Source: Dudresnaya verticillata (Eukaryota). From it: DNA of 64,000 nt. The stretch covers positions 1,178,001 to 1,242,000 of the forward strand of contig OZ374558.1 in assembly GCA_977862235.1 (NCBI GenBank), read 5' to 3'. Position numbers and translations under genes: made by a program. Of this stretch, positions 11,339 through 20,688 are shown piece after piece. How positions within the stretch are numbered: position 1 is the stretch's first letter; each line of letters begins with the position of its first letter. Under the pieces are notes generated by a model. It was not told the DNA's origin. It saw nothing but the letters and a program-made list of their open reading frames with translations, and did not search any database.

Positions 11339-12249
11339 GTTTGCGGCTGATGTTTCTTGCAGGGTGAGAGCTAGCAGTGCGAGACTCGGCTGTGAACGAT
11401 TGAAGCTTTCAACAAACGAGTGCGTATCGGAGAGCTCTGGGTGCGCGAAGATTGTGTATGCGTGTGGGGGAGAAGAGCGACGTCAGCTGTCGTTGATATT
11501 GCTGCTTAAGACTGGAAGCAGCATTAGAAAGAGGCGGGAAGGTTTTGTGTACGATCTGGACCAAACGACAAACTTTTGGGCTTGCCATACGGAGTATGAG
11601 GCTATGCTTAATTTTGCTGCTTTTCGGCGCACCTACGAGTTCGAAGTTGTTCCCAAATTTTTGTCGAAATACAGGACCAAGGACAAGACCCATACTCTTT
11701 ACCCGAAAGGCCCGGCATCCCGCCGACGCCAACCTTCGGCTTGGAACTCCAAATAGCACGTGTAATAAAGCTTTCTTACAGTCTAAGCAACAGCTGACGC
11801 GCTCTTTTCTCCCACATAAAATCCAATCCCGTACTCGCAAACAGTGACAATATCCTGTCACTCGGTTAGTGTACAGCAAAGTTCAATTTACACTTCATTC
11901 GTTCGGAACCGAGCCACGATCTCCAAGAGACATCAGCCACGACGATGCCCAGGATTTTGTCGCAAAGAAACCTATCTGTCGCTAACGACAAGCAAATGCA
12001 GCACCTCAATGAAGGGATTGCTTTTCTCATACTGTTTTCGCCCATAGGTCTTCGTTGTCGATGCAATGGCACTTAAGAAAGCGCCTGCGTAAAGTTTATT
12101 ATCACCTCCATGAAGTGCGAAATGCATTTTGTGAGGTTACAGCAGCGAAGAGCTGTTCACGGGCAAGTAGGACATGCTCAACTTCGGTATACCGATATAT
12201 GAACTGTGTGATGAAGCTCGTTTTGTAACGACTCATTGAGTGACAATGA

Positions 12250-12639
12250 GTTCTTGGCCGGATGGAAACGGTTGCTCCTCAAGTGTCGTTTGACTAATTA
12301 ACGTCGGAGAATATTGAAGCCTACGTCAAGAATCTTTTTAAAAAGGAATATATGCCTAGGGCAATGCATTCAACCCTGCCATGGTAATGAGGCTCTCAAA
12401 GGGCTCAAGTACCAATGTCACTGGTAGATCCCGAGGGGAGAGTTCTGAAATATGTTTACGGTGTTTTTGAGCGTTTGGATGGCGTTGGCTATACTGAGGT
12501 TCCAACAGTGAACCCGAAAAAGGCAATCAACATTCGACAGGAGTACCTTCGCCCTCCAAATTTGAAAACATCTATCGCTGCGCGCCTAGAGTATCCGTAG
12601 GACCTTAATAAGAGCGTATAGGAGTACGTAGCTACTCTT
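12250..12639 (+). pseudogene. Probable gag-like retroelement fragment
   Basis: DPEGRVLKY...NPKKAINI...LRPPNLKTSI resembles gag-like proteins of algal/oomycete gypsy elements. Contains stops and is cut off at ~12640. Confidence 0.4.
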
Positions 12640-12748
12640 TGTAAGGAAGTAGTAATTGAAGAAAGGTAAGGCCGAGGAAGGTCAAAGCAGAGCAGAAAAC
12701 CAAGTCCCCCGTGGACACCAAGAAAGGCGACCCAAACGGACAGGGTGG

Positions 12749-12848
12749 TGTAGTAGTATGGCGCGACGATCCAGTAGCCCGCTAAGCGGCAAGGACAGCT
12801 GTCCCGTGCGCGCACACACCCTAACGAGGGTAGCTCAATGGAGAGTTG
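12749..12848 (-). repeat. Truncated 3' LTR of element 1 (only the terminal ~100 bp retained)
   Basis: tgtagtagtatggcgcgacga...gtagctcaatggagagttg matches 23848-23947 with about 3 substitutions, then diverges abruptly. Confidence 0.9.
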
Positions 12849-13023
12849 CGCTCTGTCTGGAGTTGTGCATCCTGTTGCCCGACCGTCGTCGTCGTGTGGC
12901 CTTTCACCGGCCGGCACCGTCCTTCGCGCACTGTAAGGTGCGGTCTAGCTCCGACACGGTTCAAGTGTTCAAGGCGCCCCGACGAGGCTTTGGTTATCAA
13001 GAACTCCTTCGAGCTAACTCGGC

Positions 13024-15228
13024 ATGAGCGTGAACCATCATATGGTTTTTGGGAGCGTCGGCTCTAGTGCCGGCGTTCTTGGCTTTGAAGTGGACGAGGC
13101 AGGTGTGCCGTTGTCGGTGAAGAATAGCCGCGATTGGCGCGTGCGTACGGATCTCGCCCATGTTAAGGCGAATGCCGGAGCTGACCGCAGCGAGATTCGC
13201 CGTCGCGGCGCGCGCCGTGCACAGCGCCGCGCGTGGCATTCCCACGGTCGCAAACGTCTTGGCCTTCTTACCGGGCTTACACGTGAGCTGCCTATCTTAG
13301 AAGACATCTGGAAGTGGGATTTTGCGCATCCGCGCTTTCGTTATGAGGTTTCTTATACCTCCGCCCTGGCTAGGCTGATCAACTTCCGTATGGAGGAGCT
13401 TAATGCCATCCACAAAACAGGGACTTACGATATGTCCATCGCCTGCTATCCAAGGCCCTTCATCCGTCCTGGAAGGGACAACTACCCGTACACGATGACG
13501 CGGGTTGTCCGCTGGGACGATTCTTCAAACTTTAAGTACGCCCTGGACAACCCGCAAACGGCCATGCCGTCAGACTTGGTGCCTTTCGAACGCAGACATC
13601 GCCATCGCACTGGCTGCTTCATTCCGGCTCATTGCCAAGAAGTGACTTCGATTCGTCCCGAGTTCTATCGGATCAAGTATCCTCAAGTCCCCGACGACCA
13701 CGCGAACTTAGAGGTGTCATACTCTATGCCCGTTGGTACCCCTGCCATTCTGGCTTGTCTCGGGTTGGAGATGATGAGCGTCCCATATGACGAGTCCGAG
13801 CTATGGACGATCTTTCGGCACGAGTGGATCGTCATGGTGACTCAAGTCTTCATGTACGAAGCCCGTCGGGGCTTTCTATACTTCATCGGCGAACCGCTAC
13901 GGGCTCGCATTCGCTTTATCGGCTCGTCTGCCTTTACCGCCACCGCGTAGGATGCCGCGGATCTCGACGCCATCCTTTCCTTCGTGGAACGTATCCGGTG
14001 GAGCCGAGTGACCAAGCGCAACCGCTTCTTACCCGAGAATACGGGGCACATCACGCCTGCCTACGACAGGGGTGATTGGGTGGAATTTGATCCGGAGAAA
14101 TGGGTCCCCGTCTTACCAGACTTCATAATGGCGGAGCTCCCTGCTGAGGGTGAATCCCTTCTTTTGGATGAAGGAGAACGCCGTACCGGCTACACCCGCG
14201 GTTGAGTAAGCGTCAAATGGCGCGATGAAGGCCCATCTAGCCTCGAAGAGGTGCCTCCGTTCGACGATACTGTCGACGGCCAGCCGCAAGGTCCGTACGC
14301 GCCTCCAGTGGCTCATCATTATCGCGCAGATGCGGAGATCCGCGATGTGTTTAACCGTCGGGGGTTGGCCATCCGATTGGCGGTGCACTGGAATATCCAT
14401 AGCCTCCACTTGGCGAGTTTGGCCGACTGGGTCGAAAATGTCCTAGCCGAATACGAGGCGCATTGGATCGAGACTCCGGGCCCCGTGGAGCAAGCCCGAC
14501 TCCGGGCGCATCTTCAGGCGTTACCGCCTTTGGGTGGTGTCAAAGCTGAGGCTAAGGCTGAACGCTCGATGGACGAGGTTGGCAAGAAAAGCCGAAAGGG
14601 GCTGGGTCATCCGCAGCGTCCGGCTGCTGTGGCCCAAGGGACGATTGGTCCCAACCTGGGGCTTGATGTCCGAGAGGCCACCGTAGCTGATACCAGAAAA
14701 ACCCCGCGCGAGGATGACGTCGAAGCTCCCGTTCTACCGGGTAGTCAGCCAGAGTCGGCTCCAGCTCCGTCTGTTCAGCCGTCTCCCTCGGCTTCCGCCG
14801 ATGTGGCTCAAGTTACTGGCCAAGGTCAGGTGGTCCCGATTTCTGGCGGGTCTTCCGTAGTTCAGCCCCTGAGGGCTAGCGGAGGGAGTGTAAGGCTCCG
14901 TAGCGTGGCTGTCGAGCCTCCGGCGCCAGCCCCGACGACTTCCGAAGTGCTCGTCAAGACTGAGCTCCTTCTCAAGGAGGAAGACGAGGTTGAGCCCATG
15001 GAGGGCGAGGGTGAGCGCGATGGCTCTCCCATGGATATCGAGGGGCAGGGTTTAGGACGTGATGGCGCAGCCAGTGTAGGCTTTGGTGGACGTCGAGGTC
15101 GCGGCCCTCGTCGTGGGCGTGGAGCGCGCATTGTGCGCGAAGTGCGCCGCGTCACGATAACGCGTGCGCCGTCTGGGCCTAACCCTCCGCTCGAGGAGAA
15201 TGAGGTCATTGACCTTCTTTCTGATTAG
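13024..15228 (+). pseudogene. Antisense extra ORF of element 1 (~734 codons, two in-frame stops), function unknown
   Basis: ORFs 13024-13950, 13984-14205 and 14251-15228 share one frame, separated only by TAG 13948-50 and TGA 14203-05. Ends in ENEVIDLLSD. Confidence 0.75.
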
Positions 15229-16074
15229 CGGGTAGCGCGTCGACTCCAGGCTCCATGCCTTAGACTTGCGAGCGGCTGGTCAGCTAAATAAATTCGTCTT
15301 GTATGCTTAGACTCACGACCTTAGGAAGGCGTTGCGCGCGTCGGCGCATGGTAGTACTCCCATTGTGGGACTTAGCGGAATTGTGTCGCTCTTGTTCAGC
15401 GCCAGAATAGTGGCAGTGGGTGCTTTGAGCTCGCGGGCTGTGTGGCACCACGCGCCGTGGGACAACCCCTCATTGGGTGGCCAATCCGCCTCCTTGGGGT
15501 CGTGCGGCGAAAGGGGCGATTCCAGCAATGCGCTACCATATGCTACAGTAGTGTTGGAGAACACTGTAGCCGAAGCGGTTAGACGCTGATTTAGAGACTC
15601 CTCATTGGAGCCCCATTCCGCCTCCCTGGCTGTGGTGACCTATCAGCGGCTGCTGTTCAGCTCTACAGTAGCGAGTGGCAGTACTGTAGTGCTTTTTGGC
15701 GCGAAGCCAACGCCTCGCAGGCTAGCCGCGCTGTTGGGCGTGGTTACGCGTCCTTGGTTCCGCCCGATGCTCCAGGGCTTATTGCCAAGAAGGCTTCCCA
15801 CAATGAGGACACCACATTCTAGAGGCTCGTCGCGCCTACTTCGGCATCTCTGTCGTAGCCGTAATGGCCGCTCAAAGGGTTGACCCTATTTCAGACTGTA
15901 AGGCCCCGTCGGGGGCGCGAAAGCGTGCACGCATACGTTACACTCGCGAGCAGCGTCCCCGAGGTTGGGCTTCGACGAAGTTGGTCAACTTATAGCGGGG
16001 CTCGCCCGGGGCGTAGGCTCTCACTCAGGATCCAAATCCTCATGTTCCTCATACGAGTAACGTTCACGGGCCTC

Positions 16075-16280
16075 CTCTATCCAGGTAGCTGTACAGCTCA
16101 TCTATCCAGAATCTTGATTCTTGAGTCATCTATCCATGTCCACATCTATCCATGTGGCTATACAGCCCATCTATCCAGAATCTTGATTCTTGAATCATCT
16201 ATCCATTTCCAGAGTCTTGACTCTTTTATTTCCATCTATACATTTCCAGAGTCTTGACTCTTCCAATTTCATCTATACAG
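16075..16280. repeat. Internal tandem repeats (69-bp duplication plus ~34-bp units, catctatcca/gtcttgactct cores)
   Basis: catctatccagaatcttgattcttga occurs twice 69 bp apart; tttccagagtcttgactctt occurs twice. Confidence 0.85.
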
Positions 16281-16520
16281 TTTGTTGTTAGTCAGCTCAA
16301 AAGCTTAAAGGGGAAAGGGCAATTCCCATTCCTTATTGTTATACACAGGCCCGCTGGCCGTTCTTGTTATCGCCACTGCAGAGCGTAGTGCTCGTCATCC
16401 ACAAGGGGTTAACCTCATTAGGCGCTTATTCGCAACTGCCATCTGAGTTTGCAGGGTCAGATCTAGCCTCTTCTCGGCGAATTTGCTCTTCTTGAGCGAT
16501 GACCTAGCGTGAGACGCTTA

Positions 16521-19500
16521 TTACGGGAGAGCGACCCCTTTGGCTCGATGGTATCTTGCCACCAAGTTATGAGGAAGATGTTCCTTGGGCTCCCAGGTGT
16601 CTTCGGAGGCTGGGAGCTGAAACCACTGAACACGGTAGAGGCGTCGCTCGGCGTCGTAAGACACAATGCGGTCGTAAACGCGCTCGTGCGGCGGCGCTTT
16701 CTTAAAACGGGAAAACTTCCGCTGGGAAGAGGGGTCGTTCCGCATTGTCGCCGAAGTGTTGGGCGCGGCGGTCCCAGGATCGCGATCCGGATCGGGAGGG
16801 GCCGCAGCCACTGTCTCTTCGGGACTTGGTATGGATGTCCCATCAGCAGGCGGCGCCGCGAGAGTCGGATTATCCGTAATATCGATAACTCCCTGTCTCT
16901 CGGGAGTGTGAGGATCGCTATCCGCATTTGCGCCTTGCGGCGTGAGGTCCACTACTGAAGGGTCTTGGCCCTGAACGCTTGGTTCTTCATGCGGCGAGGG
17001 GGCCAAGGTAACCCGGTCCAGAGATATCGTCTCTCTATCTCCTTTGATGTCTAGAACGACAACGTGCGTTCCACGTTCAAGGACCTTATACGGCCCGAGA
17101 GCCTTAGGGAACAACTTCCCTTCGCGGGCCACCCCTGAAGCATCCTTCACCTTAGTCTCCCTTTTTAGGAACACCCACGATCCGGGTCTTACTTTCTGGT
17201 TAGCCGGTCGAATCCGATTATTGAAATTCGTTTCATAGCGCCGTTGCGCTAACTTCATCCGCGGCAAGGCCGTATCCATCAGCTTCTCTAAGCGTAGAGT
17301 CAGCCGCTTCTTAACGTTAGTCGCCGGCACGTGGTCGACGTCCACTGTCTCTGCTTGTTCCATCACGATGGATGTCGGGGGGTTAGATAACACCAGATCG
17401 AAGTGCGCCAGGCCCATAGCCCGATGTACAGTAGTGTTATACGCGTACGTTAACGCAGAGGTAAGCTCGTCCCAGTCCTTCTGGTCCTCAGCGATGAAAT
17501 GTCGCAAACCCGCTAAGAGGGTACGATTTAACAGTTCGGTCTGACCGTTGGTCTGAGGATGATAGGTCGACGTAAACATATTCCTAATTCGAAGGATGTC
17601 GCAGACGGCGAGGAAGAACTTGGACGCGAATTGCGAGTCATTGTCCGAAAGGACGTAACGGGGTGGACCGTATATGAAAACCCAATGCTCACAGAAAGCC
17701 TTGGCTACGGTATAAGCCGTCACTGTCTTCAACGGTATCGCTCGCGTGAGCTTGGAGAACCTGTCAGTCATGACTAAGAGGAACTCGTTACCTTTCCCTG
17801 AGCGGGGCAGGGGCCCGAGGATGTCGATCCCAACGAATTCCAAAGGCAGTTTTGCCGGGAACAGCTTCATGTGGGAAGTATGCTGTCGAAGCTGGACGCG
17901 TTCTTGTGCGCACTTGACGCAATTTCTTACTGTCGCGTAAACATCGAGAGACATCTCGGGCCAATATACCTGACGTCGAAGGTTGTGATACATCCTGGTG
18001 CCACCAGGGTGGCCGGCCAACTCCGGGTAGTGCGCTAGGTGTAGAACCTTTTCTTTCAGCGATCTAGGTACGAGTACCTGTAGCGCATGGTCTACGTACG
18101 ACTTGCGCACAAGGAGTCCTCTCCTATCCTCGAGATAGCAACCAGGTTTACCCGTCTCGAGGTTTCGCCGGACCCAGACGCAGAAGTCATCTGATTTTTG
18201 CTCTCGGAGCAGCTCCTCCACCGTTATGAGGGAGAGACCCTTCTGTGGTGATTCCTTATCGGCCACCTGAGCTATTAGCTGTTCGTCATCCGAAGGGTCG
18301 TCGTCCCGAGGTTCGACTTCCCAAACCTCTAAGGGTCGGGGTGGTGCACCCGTTCGCGGTTTCCGTGTTGGCGACCGTTCGTTGCAGGCGTCCCTTCGAT
18401 CGTCTTCGATTACAAAACAGGGGATCTCGAGGTCCGGCTCCCACTGAGTAAAGCCGTAGGTTGGCAGCCGAGAGACGGCATCAGCGATCTGATTCTTCTT
18501 TCCTTTTCGGTATTGTACCGTGAAATCATATTCCAACAGGCGTAGCCTCCAATGGGCCAGTCGCCCTGAAGCATCTGTCATGCTCATCATCCATTTTAAG
18601 GCTTGGTGGTCCGTATTCAGGTCGAAATGGGACCGCTCCAAATATGGACGAAGCATCTGCGTTGCCCAGACCACTGCTAGGCATTCTTTCTCGCCTACCG
18701 AGTAGTTCTTTTCCGCCTTCGTTAGGCCACGGCTCCAAAACCCTATGGGATGTCGGGTGCCATCTTCTTCCATTTGCATCAATGCGCACCCGATTTGGTA
18801 ATCGCAGGCGTCCGTGTCGACGGAGAGAGCCTTACCTTCTTGAGGGAGCCGCAGTATCGGCGGAGCGACTAACGCTTTCTTGAGAAGTTCAAATGCTTCT
18901 CGCTGACGTTCGTCGAACGTTGGCAACTCGAAGCCCTGATCCTTTTGTAGGAGTGCGTTGAGCGGGGCCGCCACGCGCGCGAAGTTAGGCACGAAGCGCC
19001 GGTACACATTACAGATTCCAATAAAGGACCGTAACTGGGTCTGAGTCTTCGGCTCCTTAAACCCTTCGACGGCTTGGGTATTCTTGGTTGCCACTTCTAG
19101 CAATCCTGGGCGGATCACGTGCCCTAAGTAGTCAACGCTCTTCGTGAAGAAGTTGCACTTCTTTAGTTTTAGCGAAACGTCTGCTTCTTGAAGTACTTCC
19201 AGAATGTCCTTCACGTGTTTGAGGTGTTCGTCGACCGTCGTCGAGAATATAATGATGTCGTCCAAATAGACTAAACAGGTTTTCCACCTAAATCCGGAGA
19301 GTAGGATATCAACCGTACGTTGAAAGGTCGCGGGAGCGTTACAGAGCCCGAAGGGCATTCTGCAAAACTGGAAACATCCGGCATGGCAAGTGAAAGCCGT
19401 TTTGTGCTTGTCATCTTCCTCGACTGGAATTTGCCAATACCCGGAATTACAATCCAAGGTCGTAAAGTATTGGGCGCTTCCCAGCGAGTCTAGACACTCG

Positions 19501-19877
19501 TCCATCCGCGGGAGAGGGTAAGTGTCTTTCACTGTGATAGCGTTGTGATTGCGGTAATCGACGCAGAAACGTAGGGACCCATCGGGTTTCTTGACCAGCA
19601 CTACGGGGCTTGCGAACTCCGTGCGAGCAGGCTCGATGACGCCTTCTTTTAGCATCTTGTCTACTTCGTCTTGTTCGACTTGTCTAGCTTTCGGGCCCGA
19701 CCGATAAGGTTGCGAGAATACAGGTTTCGAACCTTCTTGTAGTTCAATTCGGTGCTTCGTCACCTTGATTGTTCCCAGGTGGCCGTCCCACATACCGGCG
19801 AACGGTCGGAGCATTTTGCGTACTCGACGACAGTCCGGCTCGGACAGGTGCTCCAGTGCCAAGTCATCGACTGACAT
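16521..19877 (-). CDS. pol: Pol (RT, RNase H, integrase, chromodomain) of element 1
   Basis: LRFCVDYR, RMPFGL, YLDD, VDTDAC, HHCC zinc finger (GHPG...CVKC), IDILGPLP, YHPQTNGQ, chromodomain YRVQW...TWEP. Confidence 0.97.
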   Translation of the reverse strand: MSVDDLALEHLSEPDCRRVRKMLRPFAGMWDGHLGTIKVTKHRIELQEGSKPVFSQPYRSGPKARQVEQDEVDKMLKEGVIEPARTEFASPVVLVKKPDGSLRFCVDYRNHNAITVKDTYPLPRMDECLDSLGSAQYFTTLDCNSGYWQIPVEEDDKHKTAFTCHAGCFQFCRMPFGLCNAPATFQRTVDILLSGFRWKTCLVYLDDIIIFSTTVDEHLKHVKDILEVLQEADVSLKLKKCNFFTKSVDYLGHVIRPGLLEVATKNTQAVEGFKEPKTQTQLRSFIGICNVYRRFVPNFARVAAPLNALLQKDQGFELPTFDERQREAFELLKKALVAPPILRLPQEGKALSVDTDACDYQIGCALMQMEEDGTRHPIGFWSRGLTKAEKNYSVGEKECLAVVWATQMLRPYLERSHFDLNTDHQALKWMMSMTDASGRLAHWRLRLLEYDFTVQYRKGKKNQIADAVSRLPTYGFTQWEPDLEIPCFVIEDDRRDACNERSPTRKPRTGAPPRPLEVWEVEPRDDDPSDDEQLIAQVADKESPQKGLSLITVEELLREQKSDDFCVWVRRNLETGKPGCYLEDRRGLLVRKSYVDHALQVLVPRSLKEKVLHLAHYPELAGHPGGTRMYHNLRRQVYWPEMSLDVYATVRNCVKCAQERVQLRQHTSHMKLFPAKLPLEFVGIDILGPLPRSGKGNEFLLVMTDRFSKLTRAIPLKTVTAYTVAKAFCEHWVFIYGPPRYVLSDNDSQFASKFFLAVCDILRIRNMFTSTYHPQTNGQTELLNRTLLAGLRHFIAEDQKDWDELTSALTYAYNTTVHRAMGLAHFDLVLSNPPTSIVMEQAETVDVDHVPATNVKKRLTLRLEKLMDTALPRMKLAQRRYETNFNNRIRPANQKVRPGSWVFLKRETKVKDASGVAREGKLFPKALGPYKVLERGTHVVVLDIKGDRETISLDRVTLAPSPHEEPSVQGQDPSVVDLTPQGANADSDPHTPERQGVIDITDNPTLAAPPADGTSIPSPEETVAAAPPDPDRDPGTAAPNTSATMRNDPSSQRKFSRFKKAPPHERVYDRIVSYDAERRLYRVQWFQLPASEDTWEPKEHLPHNLVARYHRAKGVALP

Positions 19878-20021
19878 GGCAGACGGAGTAGAGGTCGCCG
19901 TTTTAATTCCAGGCTTTGCGCCATCGCTACCAAGAGCAGCAGCGAGTCCCGCCCCCCCCCCACATCGGGGAATGTGTCCGGTTGAGGACTGGACACGGAG
20001 GTGTCAGGATTGAGGTCAGGA

Positions 20022-20519
20022 TCAGATTCCTCGATGGAAACAGCGTACACCTTCACGGGGTATGCCGCAACGGCGCCTTAGGATAGGGTGTATCGACCCG
20101 TCTCGGAGAACGATGTTCTGTTTCCGAACACGTAGACCCTCGACGTGGGTATCGATAAACGTGCATCCCAGGATGGCGTCTACTGCAAGCGCCTTGACGA
20201 CAACAAAAGGTTGTCGAACCGTGTATGAGCCCACGCGTACAAACAGCGAGATGGTTCCCAGTGTAGTTAGTCTATGACTTGACGCAGACGTCAAGTTGAC
20301 GATCGACCTGTTCGTCGAGATGCGTTTCCTTTCTTCCGGAGAAAGAACTTCCGCCCGGATCAGATTAGGGCCAGCCCCTGTATCCAATACGGATAGTACT
20401 CGAGTCAGTTTATCCACAGAAGTCCCGACGGACGCAGCACCTTTATAGTTGTAGCGTGACAGGGAACAGACTGGGTCCTTACAATACTCGTCATACGTAC
20501 GCCCACGGGGTAAGCCCAT
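20022..20519 (-). CDS. Aspartic protease of element 1 (out of frame with RT)
   Basis: VLDTGAG catalytic motif and DAILGCTFI. Confidence 0.9.
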   Translation of the reverse strand: MGLPRGRTYDEYCKDPVCSLSRYNYKGAASVGTSVDKLTRVLSVLDTGAGPNLIRAEVLSPEERKRISTNRSIVNLTSASSHRLTTLGTISLFVRVGSYTVRQPFVVVKALAVDAILGCTFIDTHVEGLRVRKQNIVLRDGSIHPILRRRCGIPREGVRCFHRGI

Positions 20520-20688
20520 GGGGCGGGTTAAGATGTTCTTCGGAACAGAAGCGACATTCTCATTTGAAACCGGTCGATCCGTGGAGAAGCTGTCGAAGCT
20601 TGTGCTAGTGAAGCTGCGTTCAGCGAATCGATCGGGGGTTCCGATGCAACCTGAGTGATCGGGTCAACCGAAACCGGTTCCCCCCTCT

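Noticed and set aside
13024..15228. env gene interpretation of the extra ORF
   Set aside because: Antisense orientation; no signal peptide or C-terminal transmembrane anchor
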